A DNA stretch of 64,000 nt from Patescibacteria group bacterium (GCA_016861265.1 BOLA01000001.1:203569-267568); one strand, 5' to 3'; positions 20,801 to 30,128 are shown, counted from the stretch's first letter. Program-made: numbers and translations. The notes: generated by a model from the sequence alone, not told the origin.

Positions 20801-21804
20801 GCTGAGTTATCAAGTTTACCCGAAATACCCACAAGTTTAGCTACAAATTTAAATCCTCCAATCTTAATGGCAAATTCAATCAAGATTTTCCTATCACTTT
20901 CTGCAGTGGAATCATCTATAATTAAACTTCTCAATTTTGTCTCGAATATATTCTTGTAATGATCAATGTCTAAAGTTTTACCAATTACGGTGTATATTGT
21001 TTCTGCATTTGGTGAGCTTTCAATTCTGGAAATAAATACTATTAGCGTTGATAGCGGAAGACTATCAAGAATTGCCTCTCTTAAGGCGTCAACAATAAAC
21101 TCTGCTAGCCTTCTAGCTTCGATATTCGAAGTTATAATTTCCTTAAAGATTATGGAATATACACCTTCTATAACTGCACTATTTGAATCATCTACAGTTC
21201 TTAGCGTTCTAATAATATTGTGTAAATTATCTGCTCTTAGGCAACTATCTACAATTATCCTTGGCAATGCTGCAGATATTGCGTTTTTAGTGTCAGGATT
21301 AGTACCTAGTTGACTATCAACATTGTTAACCAGAGTTCCTAATATCTTGGTGTTATTACCACGAACAGTTTTTACCTGAAATTGCACAAAGATATCTGTT
21401 AGTACACTTACAAAAGTTGATTCGAAGTTCGGATTAGTTAATAGGACCTGGCAAAGCGGAGTTATTAGATTTGTATTGATAAAATCTGCAAGTTCTTCAC
21501 CTGGATAATCCAGATCAGCCATAAAAGCCGAAAGATTCTTTAATTTGTCTAATGCAGCTTGAACCTTATCAGGATCGCCTGAGCTTAATTCTTCCACAAT
21601 AATACTAAGATACTTTACTGCCGTTTCGTAGTTCTCTGCTTCACTCGGTTCAATAGGTTCATTTGGTTCTAAAGCAGCTTCAGGTTCATCTGCGCCAAAG
21701 CCTACAGGTAAAGCCATTGGCTCTGTCTTTACCGCCTGAATGGTCGGCTGACTTTCATCGGTTGTTTCTTCTGGATCTGGAGTAAAATTTTCTAGTGCGG
21801 CCAT
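17866..21804 (-). CDS. Large hypothetical protein, probably all-alpha
   Basis: 1312-aa ORF; acidic Pro-rich N-terminus; no TM or signal peptide. Confidence 0.85.
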   Translation of the reverse strand: MAALENFTPDPEETTDESQPTIQAVKTEPMALPVGFGADEPEAALEPNEPIEPSEAENYETAVKYLSIIVEELSSGDPDKVQAALDKLKNLSAFMADLDYPGEELADFINTNLITPLCQVLLTNPNFESTFVSVLTDIFVQFQVKTVRGNNTKILGTLVNNVDSQLGTNPDTKNAISAALPRIIVDSCLRADNLHNIIRTLRTVDDSNSAVIEGVYSIIFKEIITSNIEARRLAEFIVDALREAILDSLPLSTLIVFISRIESSPNAETIYTVIGKTLDIDHYKNIFETKLRSLIIDDSTAESDRKILIEFAIKIGGFKFVAKLVGISGKLDNSAQLIKIFVYIEPYIEGVLDSGNQEDISALVEYMGQVSLRIDFVQTEWVDIQVNILNYIDRLKQTDNVVISEVLTDVLLKSITSRIIAGLQSTLATSQNEDTQKAIRRIVRLVVPVGAFAPLSIFDKDDRVAVYKLFIERYLTDPKDSYLFNLMHYLYSGEVKGVNLEDLTADGYEFQKDKDAKIELVAELVEALKLSEEQKKAIIDKFFENHSANDTLVITLLLRETAMLEYYREKAYQIDLVKKLGTQEIESELEEIKELVLDRLRPEGKAERMKQKVNNLKKNIYYRILFAFDSEPTKAQKRREKARESVESEDKRSIEKGVRKLADIIKDPIAVKLLIKAVETDPEAYATVANLIEELYQFVDELDVSRGTERSIYDFLRLSLDSVELVTLMPPHVRVIKLEMWKDRLDQLEDISENYGASKKEILTEDGIEVRLDALKAREQRWYESRLAKKFKALSTPRGECLTEIVTLYSTNRPLFDIYSSQPEFENIVEYAIDQYSMYPDKFLQISDAEKDFILFIIDNKSIWNSVSNRVKFKLCTQVLTLWSKQDPAGYEILIDLATETDDSVDYSFANADVLNFIGATFQQLPAEQRDQLIRFAGVNEKKGRARKMFEGLRDTVTRNNTNDYANNLNYIMAYLATRNRVNAKGFYDVVDTVVAEKATVEQQVKIENAAHQAYEDIKDEAGEVDPTGALLTNDRVAELDTKLKKSIDASIVFIDAFNMNPPLTFRVQTEVLDMIPRFIDLLVHGVERGYDEIDLKKVLDFMQKLLETEPPYFRPSRTYIEILEEIDSRVTSYSQLTGNAKFDAFNKDIKAIRDLCEKKSIEAAGLIVLGAFEKLKSPFAVSNKDQKVATSISVNLLKSSQIREAIKPVIEILFSNFEIIEKLIKNGSEEDQDRLVLALSRVLMYVNLYVNPSISKQLTFFITKLGSALPKEKRAEIVSMHKFNQENVRGLSPRRRVLPITLQEEINKLAA

Positions 21805-21824
21805 GTTATAAGAATAATATTATT

Positions 21825-23180
21825 TTAACCAACGCTGCCCTTCATAGACATACGTATAAGATCGTTCATCTCCATAGCATATTCCATTGGCAATTCTTTT
21901 GCAATAGGTTCTACAAAACCCGATACAATAAGACCACCCGCTTCTTCCTCGCTCAAACCTCTAGACATTAAGTAATACAACTGATTCTCCGAAACCTTGC
22001 TTACTGATGCTTCGTGCTCCACCCTAGAAAGTTTTTCATAAATTTCATTATACGGGTAAGTATCAGTTTGCGATATATCATCCATAATAAGGGCATCACA
22101 AACTACTTTTACTTTTGCATTTGTTGCGCCCTTAGTAACCTTAACTAAACCTCTGTAACTTGTTCTTCCACCATTCTTACATATTGATTTAGTAGTTATA
22201 ACTCCACTCGTATTTTTACCAATGTGAATCATTTTTGCACCACTGTCTAAATGTTGTTTTCCATCTGCTAATGCAATAGACAGTACTTCACCTTTCGAAT
22301 TATTGCCAGTTAATAAGACCGATGGGTATTTCATTGTTTTATAGGAGCCTAAATTGCAATCCACCCATTCAATTTTTGCATTTTCATAGGCAATACCTCT
22401 TTGTGTTACAAGGTTATAAACATTTTTAGACCAGTTTTGAATTGTGGTGTATCGTATTCTCGCTCCTTTTAAGGCTACCAACTCTATAACACCTGAATGT
22501 AGAACATCTGTTGAATACGTAGGAGCAGTACAGCCCTCAACGTATTGAACCTCGGCTCCCTCATCAGCAATAATTAATGTTCGTTCAAATTGCCCCAAGT
22601 TTTGAGTTTGTATATAAAAGTATGCCTGTAGCGGAATTTCTACCTTTACTCCTTTTGGAACATAAACAAAACTACCTCCGCTCCAACAAGCAGTGTTTAA
22701 TGCAGCATATTTATTGTCTGTTAAAGGCACTACTTTACCGAACCATTTCTTAAATAGTTCTGGATATTTTTGAATACCACTATCTGTGTCGGTAAAAATA
22801 ACTCCCTGACTCTCCCACTTTTCCTTCATTCGTCCATAAATAACTGAAGAGTCAAATTGAGTTTCGACTCCTGCTAAAAATTTTCTCTCAGCTTCGGGGA
22901 TTCTCAATTCTTCAAAGGTCCTTTTTACATCATCTGGAACCTCACTCCAATCCCTTTTCTTTTTCGATCCGGGAACTGCATAGAATTGAATATTATCATC
23001 CTTTAAATCGTCTAAATCAGCTCCCCATTTTGGTACAGGTCTTTCTATATAATGCTTGTAGGCCTTCAAACGAATCTCAAGCATCCAATCCGGTTCATTT
23101 TTATATTTAGAAATTGCAGTTACAACTTCTTCTGATAAACCAGGCTTCGATAATATTTTTATTGCTTCATCTATAGTCAT
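21825..23180 (-). CDS. sufB: Fe-S cluster assembly protein SufB
   Basis: WSGGSFVYVPKG, GQFERTLII, YVEGCTAP, CDALI, EHEASVSK. Confidence 0.97.
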   Translation of the reverse strand: MTIDEAIKILSKPGLSEEVVTAISKYKNEPDWMLEIRLKAYKHYIERPVPKWGADLDDLKDDNIQFYAVPGSKKKRDWSEVPDDVKRTFEELRIPEAERKFLAGVETQFDSSVIYGRMKEKWESQGVIFTDTDSGIQKYPELFKKWFGKVVPLTDNKYAALNTACWSGGSFVYVPKGVKVEIPLQAYFYIQTQNLGQFERTLIIADEGAEVQYVEGCTAPTYSTDVLHSGVIELVALKGARIRYTTIQNWSKNVYNLVTQRGIAYENAKIEWVDCNLGSYKTMKYPSVLLTGNNSKGEVLSIALADGKQHLDSGAKMIHIGKNTSGVITTKSICKNGGRTSYRGLVKVTKGATNAKVKVVCDALIMDDISQTDTYPYNEIYEKLSRVEHEASVSKVSENQLYYLMSRGLSEEEAGGLIVSGFVEPIAKELPMEYAMEMNDLIRMSMKGSVG

Positions 23181-23237
23181 TATCCAATTTTACCATGTGG
23201 AATATTACAAAATTTATACTCGTATAAATAATTATAG

Positions 23238-24062
23238 TTACAGAAATCTTATTGGTATTGTTTGCAGAATTACCTCACTACCGTCCTTTGCACTGGAATA
23301 GTAGAATTCCCATGTTCCTGTTAATCCTTGCGCCGAAGATAAGTCATCCATTGAGATATCATAGCTAAAATCAGTAAAGCTAAGAAGCTGATCTGGAATG
23401 GTAATTGAATCAGAATAAATAATATTTCCATCGGAATCTTTTAATCTTATTTGCAATAAACCTTCGAACAATCCTTTTGCTTGTCCTCTAATTGCTAAAT
23501 CATTGCTGAACATTATCTGATTTTTTAATGGTGTGAATAACACAAGATTTTCGGATTCAGAATAACTCTCAAATTTAATGTCAACAGACACTTCGGTGGC
23601 TGGCTCTACGGAGCTAACAATGAGCTTTCCTTTTGTAGTATTCGGTGACATTAATACATCTAGTTGCGTCTGCCAGTTGTTAACTGAATCACTCACAGAT
23701 GTTAAAGAAACAGTACTTGAAGCCAATTTTGCATTTGTTTCGTCAAATAATTCAACTCTAATATTGTTAAATTGATAAGTAGCAGTTCCTTTTACATCGA
23801 TTTGTCCATTTACAATCTGCATCTCAGTTGGTTCACTTAATGTTATAGCAGGTTGAGTTGCAACTAAGCTATTTGGTGTAGAGTCTGTTACAGTTGTATC
23901 GGTTGTATTAACTTTATTGGTTCCTGTTGTTAAGCCTATATAGCCTATTACTACAACAATAAATCCTAAACAAAGAATTATTACTACTCCAATTAAAACG
24001 AGTGTAATAGTTGAGTTTTTATCTCTCGGGGTAATAGTTGGAGTTGTAGTGACATTTTCCAT
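23238..24062 (-). CDS. Membrane-anchored protein with Gmad2-like Ig domains
   Basis: N-terminal TM; IRGQAKGLFEGLLQIRLKDSDG; SAKDGS. Confidence 0.65.
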   Translation of the reverse strand: MENVTTTPTITPRDKNSTITLVLIGVVIILCLGFIVVVIGYIGLTTGTNKVNTTDTTVTDSTPNSLVATQPAITLSEPTEMQIVNGQIDVKGTATYQFNNIRVELFDETNAKLASSTVSLTSVSDSVNNWQTQLDVLMSPNTTKGKLIVSSVEPATEVSVDIKFESYSESENLVLFTPLKNQIMFSNDLAIRGQAKGLFEGLLQIRLKDSDGNIIYSDSITIPDQLLSFTDFSYDISMDDLSSAQGLTGTWEFYYSSAKDGSEVILQTIPIRFL

Positions 24063-24176
24063 AACACTATTTTAAAAGGTACTTAATACAATACTACCAG
24101 AAAAAGCCCTAATTATAAAACAGTCTTTAACAGTAGAATACAAAATGGTAATCTATTTACATATTATTAAAATGTT

Positions 24177-24602
24177 ATGTATATTTTTTACGCTATTCTG
24201 TCGGCCTTCTTTGCTGGATTGGTAACTTTATTTGCAAAATTAGGATTAAAAAACATAGACTCCACACTTGCTACTTCTATTCGAGCAGTTATCATGGCAG
24301 TATTTTTAGTAGGGATAGTGTTAATTACAAATAAAGTAAATATAGAGGGTATAAAAAGCATTGAAACTAAAGAATGGGTTCTAATTGCCTTGTCAGGGAT
24401 AGCAGGAGCCGTGTCGTGGATCTTCTATTTTATTGCCCTACAAAACTCAAAGGATAATACAACTCAGATTGCCGCACTAGACAAACTCAGTCTTGTATTT
24501 GTATTCATATTCTCTCTTTTATTTTTAAAAGAAAAACTAGATATTAAAGTTTTAGCGGGTGTAGTGCTTATGACGATAGGTGCTATACTGACTATTAAAT
24601 AA
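24177..24602 (+). CDS. EamA/DMT family transporter
   Basis: AILSAFFAGL..AKLGL, SWIFYFIAL, LDKLSLV. Confidence 0.92.
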   Translation: MYIFYAILSAFFAGLVTLFAKLGLKNIDSTLATSIRAVIMAVFLVGIVLITNKVNIEGIKSIETKEWVLIALSGIAGAVSWIFYFIALQNSKDNTTQIAALDKLSLVFVFIFSLLFLKEKLDIKVLAGVVLMTIGAILTIK

Positions 24603-24618
24603 AATTTAAAAATAAGTT

Positions 24619-25374
24619 ATGAATATAATTGTTTCTGGTTGGCCGGGAGTGGGACAGTCTACTTTGGCAATAATAATCGCAAAAACACTAAATTATAAAT
24701 TACTTCAAGGCTCTGCAACTTTCCGATACCTGGGGAGTCTAATTAACTTAGAAAACACAGGAGCAGATAGAATAAAAGCCGATGAACTTCTTGAGCCTAA
24801 TTGGGGGCCTATATTTGAGAAATACATGCAATGGATTGCTAACAACGAACAGCATGTTGTAACAGAAACAGACATTTCAGGGTTCTTCACAAAAGGCAAT
24901 AAAAATGTATATTCAGTGTTCCTGCAGGCGCCACAGGAAGTTAGAAAGTTAAGATTAGTCAAAGATGGACGACCCAACGATGTGGACTTTATTCAAAAAA
25001 GAGATGAATCTTTAGCCCAGACATATAAAGATTTATTCGGAGTAGACTTTTTAAATACAGAAAAAATTGAAGAAAATTATTCAAGACCGCTAAATAATTC
25101 GGAATTAACAATTGAACAGGAATTAAAAATTATTTATAAAGACTTATTAGAATTGAAGGCAATTACTGAAGAGGAGTTTAATACCTTGGCTAATAATGCA
25201 AAAGCTGAAGAAGAATTTTTTTGGGCAAACGGTAAGCAAGCTTTCTTGGATATATTAAATGAAAGAAGAAAATTGCCAATTGCTGCTGATATAATAAAAG
25301 ACATTATGCAGGTTTTCCCTAACGAAATACAAAATCTTCCACAGGAACTAAAAGATATACTGGCAAGAATTTAA
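24619..25374 (+). CDS. Cytidylate kinase-like P-loop protein
   Basis: IIVSGWPGVGQST, TFR, FLQAPQEVRKLR, RDESLAQTYKDLFGVD. Confidence 0.7.
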   Translation: MNIIVSGWPGVGQSTLAIIIAKTLNYKLLQGSATFRYLGSLINLENTGADRIKADELLEPNWGPIFEKYMQWIANNEQHVVTETDISGFFTKGNKNVYSVFLQAPQEVRKLRLVKDGRPNDVDFIQKRDESLAQTYKDLFGVDFLNTEKIEENYSRPLNNSELTIEQELKIIYKDLLELKAITEEEFNTLANNAKAEEEFFWANGKQAFLDILNERRKLPIAADIIKDIMQVFPNEIQNLPQELKDILARI

Positions 25375-25910
25375 GGCAACTTAAGAAGTTGGCCGGGTAC
25401 AATTAAAGCTTGTTCCCCGTCAGGTAAGGTACCGATAGAATCTTTGTTAACCTCAAGAATTTTTAACCATTGATCGCCGCTTCCGTAATAGGCATTAGCT
25501 ATCTGCCATAAGGTATCTCCTAATTGTACAACATAAGTATTTTCTACAATGTCTCCCTCAGAATATTGTGTTGCATTCCAACTACCGGAATTACTAATGT
25601 ATTCTTGATTCTCTAAAGACTTTTTATAACCTTCTTGTGTATGTCCAGTTCTAACTGTCGAAATAGAAGACGTCATAGGGCCTGGGTTGTTTTCTGAGTT
25701 ATCATTTGTATCTACGGAAGGACTCTGGGGCACCTCTTGTATTGAAACACTAATGTCGTCTATTGGAAAGCTAACAGCAATTTGTGTATCGTCTTTTACT
25801 CTAAATATCGAATAGATTGAGATAAAAATAATGATAGGAAAAACCAAGAAGCCGATAGTAAAAAAAATTATATCCGGCTTTAGTTTTTGTTTAAATTTAC
25901 TATAATTCAT
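25371..25910 (-). CDS. Membrane-anchored LysM-domain protein
   Basis: YVVQLGDTLWQIANAYYGSG..W..I...N; start placed at ATG 25910. Confidence 0.88.
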   Translation of the reverse strand: MNYSKFKQKLKPDIIFFTIGFLVFPIIIFISIYSIFRVKDDTQIAVSFPIDDISVSIQEVPQSPSVDTNDNSENNPGPMTSSISTVRTGHTQEGYKKSLENQEYISNSGSWNATQYSEGDIVENTYVVQLGDTLWQIANAYYGSGDQWLKILEVNKDSIGTLPDGEQALIVPGQLLKLP

Positions 25911-26050
25911 ACCTGATTTTAACAATAAGTTCTGAATACACAAAGTGAACATCTTAATTGATAGATTTTATAAGGTTTTTAGAGATTTTAACAGTTGAGT
26001 TTTAATCAATCTAATATTAAAATACAAGGATAAATTTATACTTTTTTTAT

Positions 26051-28831
26051 ATGAGTCAATTTAACCCTAAGGAATTTGAAAATAAATGGAAACAACAGTG
26101 GTTAAGTGAGAAACTCTATAAAACACCTACTGATAAAACTAAAAAGAAGTTCTATTCATTATATTCCTTTCCTTATCCATCCGGAGCAGGGCTTCATGTG
26201 GGGCACGTAGAAGGAATGGTGGCAAACGATATTGTAGCAAGATACTATAGAATGAAGGACTACAATGTTACTTTACCAATGGGATGGGATTCCTTTGGAT
26301 TACCTGCCGAAAACTACGCAATTAAAACTGGTATTCACCCTCATGACAGTACAGAGGAAGCCATAAAGACATTCATTGATCAAATCGACAGATTGGGTAT
26401 TTCAGTAGACTGGGACAAAGAAGTGGGAGCACATCGATCCGATTACTATAAATGGACTCAATGGATATTTCTACAGTTGTATAAAGCTGGAATTGCATAT
26501 AAGGCAGTTGCACCTGTAAACTGGTGCCCAAAAGATCAAACAGTACTAGCTAATGAGCAAGTTATTAATGGTCTATGCGAAAGATGCGATACCCCTGTTG
26601 AACAGAAGGAAATGAGTCAATGGTTCTTTAAAATTACTGACTATGCAGACAGACTTTATGATGATTTAGATAAAGTTGATTGGCCTCAAGGTACAAAGCA
26701 AATGCAAAGAAATTGGATAGGACGAAGTGAGGGGACCACCGTTAGATTTGCAGTCAATGCAGGTAGTAAACAAGTTAATAGCTTCGATATTTTTACTACA
26801 AGAGTAGATACAATATTTGGTTGTACATTTACTGGAATTGCACCAGAAAATAAAGTTTTAACTGAGATTAAAGAACATATTACAAACTGGCCGCAAGTCG
26901 AAGAATATATAACTCAAGCCAGAAATAAAACCGATCTTCAAAGACAAACTGAAAAAGATAAATCAGGTGTAAAGTTAGAAGGAGTAGTTGCTATAAATCC
27001 TTTTAATAGTAACGAGGTTCCTATTTATGTGGTTGACTATGTATTGAATACCTATGGAACAGGTTCAATAATGGCTGTTCCAGCACACGACGAAAGAGAC
27101 ATGGAGTTTGCACTTAAATACGATATTCCAATTATTCCAGTACTTAAACCTAAGAGTGAAGAATACATTTCTTATGTTTCAAGAAAGTGGAGTAATGACT
27201 TTAATAAATTCTTAAACCAAATTGCTGAATTTAACCCTATTTACCTTAAAAAAACACAGGAAGAAGTTCTATTTAAATTCAAAGCTGAATTTATAGATAA
27301 ATATATTGACTACGCATCCAAGAGTGTAGAAGGTAAATCTGCTTGGCACGATGCAGTTAGCGAATCCGAGGTTGTTGTAATATTTGGCTCAGACAAGGCT
27401 GAATTTAGTGGTGTAGATATCGCAAGAATTCCTAAGTTTATGTCAGACGAAAATATTTGGATAAAAATGAAAGACTTTGAGGAAAGCATAAGACAATATT
27501 CCAACATCTGGACCATGTATTACAATTCCGAATATAGAGAAAAGATATGCCCTGCTCTTACCGATGGCATTACAATAAACTCTGGTGATTTTAGCGATTT
27601 ATCGGCTGCAGATGCTGCCGTAAAAATGCAGGAATGGCTAAAGAGTAAAGAGCTTGGGAATAAAAAAACAAACTACAAACTAAGAGATTGGCTAGTTTCA
27701 AGACAAAGATACTGGGGTTGCCCTATTCCAATTGTTTACGATCCTGAAGGCAACGCACACGCTATCGATGAGAAAGACTTGCCCCTACTATTACCTACAG
27801 ATGTAGATTTTAAACCTACGGGCGAATCTCCCATTAAAAGCAGCGAAAGTTTTAAGAAACTTGCCGAAGAAAAATACGGAAAGGGATGGTACTTTGAAGC
27901 CGATACCATGGATACATTTGTAGATTCTAGTTGGTACTATTTCAGATTCACATCAACAGATGATCAGAATCAATGGGCTATAAGCGAAGAGATGAATTAC
28001 TGGCTACCAACAGACTTGTATATGATAGGCGCTGAGCATACAGTTCTGCACTTAATGTATTCAAGGTTCTTTACCAAATTCTTCTTTGATCAAGGAGTCA
28101 TAAACTTTGATGAACCTTTCTATAAAATGAGACACATGGGAACCATTTTAGGTCCTGATGGAAGAAAAATGAGTAAGAGATGGGGAAATGTAATAAACCC
28201 TAATGATGAAGTAGAAAAATACGGTGCAGATACCCTTAGAATGTATGAAATGTTCATGGGCCCGCTAGAAGAGCCTAAGCCATGGAACGACAGAACTGAG
28301 AGCGGTGTATTTAGATTCTTGTCGAAAGTATGGAACACCAATGCGAAAGTACAGGAAAATGTTCAGAAATCGGCAGAGCAAGCGAAGATTGTAAATAGAC
28401 TTGTAAAAAAGATTACCGATGACATTGAAATACTATCGTTTAATACTGCAGTAGCAAAATTCATGGAAACATTAAATTCTCTAAATGAATTCGACTCAAT
28501 TGATAAACAAGCATGGTTGACCTATGTAAAGGTATTAGCTCCTTTCGCACCATTTATTACTGAAGAACTATGGAATTTAAATGGTCAGCAAAGTACCATA
28601 CATACTCAATCCTGGCCGGAATATAATGCAGAAATCGATATTGAAGAACAAGTAACAATTGCGGTACAGGTAAATGGCAAATTAAGGGCCACATTTAACA
28701 TTGAATTTGATTCCCAGGAATCCAACGTGGTTGAGAAAGCAATGCAAATGGAGTCTATAAAGAAGTTTGTAACTACAGAACCTAAAAAAGTTATTTACAT
28801 AAAGAATAAACTATTAAATATTGTAGTTTAA
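26051..28831 (+). CDS. leuS: Leucine--tRNA ligase with an extra inserted domain
   Basis: PYPSGAGLHVGH, AVPAHDERD, SRQRYWG, KMSKR. Confidence 0.98.
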   Translation: MSQFNPKEFENKWKQQWLSEKLYKTPTDKTKKKFYSLYSFPYPSGAGLHVGHVEGMVANDIVARYYRMKDYNVTLPMGWDSFGLPAENYAIKTGIHPHDSTEEAIKTFIDQIDRLGISVDWDKEVGAHRSDYYKWTQWIFLQLYKAGIAYKAVAPVNWCPKDQTVLANEQVINGLCERCDTPVEQKEMSQWFFKITDYADRLYDDLDKVDWPQGTKQMQRNWIGRSEGTTVRFAVNAGSKQVNSFDIFTTRVDTIFGCTFTGIAPENKVLTEIKEHITNWPQVEEYITQARNKTDLQRQTEKDKSGVKLEGVVAINPFNSNEVPIYVVDYVLNTYGTGSIMAVPAHDERDMEFALKYDIPIIPVLKPKSEEYISYVSRKWSNDFNKFLNQIAEFNPIYLKKTQEEVLFKFKAEFIDKYIDYASKSVEGKSAWHDAVSESEVVVIFGSDKAEFSGVDIARIPKFMSDENIWIKMKDFEESIRQYSNIWTMYYNSEYREKICPALTDGITINSGDFSDLSAADAAVKMQEWLKSKELGNKKTNYKLRDWLVSRQRYWGCPIPIVYDPEGNAHAIDEKDLPLLLPTDVDFKPTGESPIKSSESFKKLAEEKYGKGWYFEADTMDTFVDSSWYYFRFTSTDDQNQWAISEEMNYWLPTDLYMIGAEHTVLHLMYSRFFTKFFFDQGVINFDEPFYKMRHMGTILGPDGRKMSKRWGNVINPNDEVEKYGADTLRMYEMFMGPLEEPKPWNDRTESGVFRFLSKVWNTNAKVQENVQKSAEQAKIVNRLVKKITDDIEILSFNTAVAKFMETLNSLNEFDSIDKQAWLTYVKVLAPFAPFITEELWNLNGQQSTIHTQSWPEYNAEIDIEEQVTIAVQVNGKLRATFNIEFDSQESNVVEKAMQMESIKKFVTTEPKKVIYIKNKLLNIVV

Positions 28832-28842
28832 TTAGGTTTTTT

Positions 28843-28905
28843 CAATTCTGAACTCGGACTTCACTTTTACTGCAAGTAATATAAGGTGAAGTCCGATTCG
28901 AGTTG
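28843..28905 (+). other. Long imperfect RNA hairpin after leuS
   Basis: TCGGACTTCAC (28854-64) pairs with GTGAAGTCCGA (28886-96); extended by CAATTC/GAGTTG. Confidence 0.6.
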
Positions 28906-28939
28906 TTGTATTCCCTTTCTAGCTCAACTTTTGGCCTTC

Positions 28940-28969
28940 TAGACTTGCAAGTTACAAAAATGGTATAAT
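28940..28969 (+). promoter_or_regulatory. rnpB promoter
   Basis: TAGACT-N18-TATAAT with extended TG. Confidence 0.7.
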
Positions 28970-28976
28970 ATTTGTT

Positions 28977-29443
28977 AACGGGGCCCACTCCAAAGAATCG
29001 CGTTTGGGTCTTAAGGCAACTTAAAAACCCAAATGAGGAAAGTCTGGACTCCATTGCGGTCTCGACTGGCAGTTCTGCTGCCGAGTTCAAGCTGTAAAAA
29101 GCTTTAATTTCGAGATAGACACCCTTAACTAAAAAGTAATTAAAAGGCCATGGTTTAAGAAGTAATTCAAGGGTTTTGGCCCGCTAAGCTTTATAGGTAT
29201 GGGCTGGGAGCAATCTTAGGGAGAAAAGGGCAACAGAGAACAAACAACCGACAGCTAGTTTAGTAATATGTACGTGATATTACTAATGCTAACTGAAGGT
29301 AAAGGTGAAAAGGTGGGGTAAGAGCCCACCGACTTTAGTAGTAATACTAAGGTGCAGGCAACCCCTGTCTGGAGCAACCAAATATTTGGGCAATAGATAA
29401 ATGATTCTTTAAACAGAATCCGGCTTATGGATGGACCCCCGTT
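28977..29443 (+). ncRNA. rnpB: RNase P RNA, atypical architecture
   Basis: GAGGAAAGTCTGGACTCC, GCAACAGAGAAC, GGTGAAAAGGTGGGGTAAGAGCCCACC, TAGATAAATG, ACAGAATCCGGCTTAT; ends pair AACGGGG/CCCCGTT. Confidence 0.95.
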
Positions 29444-30088
29444 TTATAGACTCCAAAACCTTGTCAATCGCCAAGGAATTTCTAAAGGATAGGTTAATAC
29501 TTCGTATTTTATCTCATTCGCTAAAGTTTCGGCTCTGGCCAATTCAACTAAATCAAGTTTCAACAGTGGCTTAGCCTCAATTAATACTTGATTGAGTATT
29601 TTGTTATATGCCCAAATCCCATATATAACTAGGAATATATTAAGCATTAATACTAAATACCCTGCAGCAAGAATAACTGTTTGTATTGTGGGGAAAACAA
29701 AGAAGAGTATTAAACATAAAATCTGTGACAAGAATACAATAGACTGGTAGCTATAAATATTTCTAACTTCTTTTAATTTAGGATTGGTAAGTTTTAATTG
29801 AAATAATAACACTAGGTTACTGTACAGATCTTTTGCGTAAATTGATTTTTTACTGATAATTATTAGGTTATTCTCAGCAATACAAACATCATTAATTTCA
29901 TCGGAAGCTAAGATGTTTAAATTTGAATGCTTTTGCTGATACGCTTCAAGTATCTTATTAAACTCAATCTGCTCGCCTAGATAATAGCTATATTTCCTCC
30001 TTAAGCTTCTTTTCACACTGGAAGCGAAAATACCCATAAGGATTTGGGTAATTACTAAAAAAACGAATATAGCAAGAAACAGATACAT
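29444..30088 (-). CDS. Hypothetical membrane protein
   Basis: Three hydrophobic segments; no clear motif. Confidence 0.7.
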   Translation of the reverse strand: MYLFLAIFVFLVITQILMGIFASSVKRSLRRKYSYYLGEQIEFNKILEAYQQKHSNLNILASDEINDVCIAENNLIIISKKSIYAKDLYSNLVLLFQLKLTNPKLKEVRNIYSYQSIVFLSQILCLILFFVFPTIQTVILAAGYLVLMLNIFLVIYGIWAYNKILNQVLIEAKPLLKLDLVELARAETLANEIKYEVLTYPLEIPWRLTRFWSL

Positions 30089-30128
30089 AAAATAATCTAA
30101 TCAAATCATTTTATCAAAATTTTAGGGA

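Noticed and set aside
25911-26050. T-box or leader peptide before leuS (also checked proS and pheT)
   Set aside because: No T-box consensus (GGTGGxACC) and no cognate-codon run; the regions are short and AT-rich.
28842-29090. 82-aa minus-strand ORF
   Set aside because: Antisense to rnpB and its promoter; non-ATG start; no protein features.
29054-29195. rnpB insertion as a group I/II intron or tRNA
   Set aside because: Too short, and no catalytic-core motifs or T-loop are recognisable.
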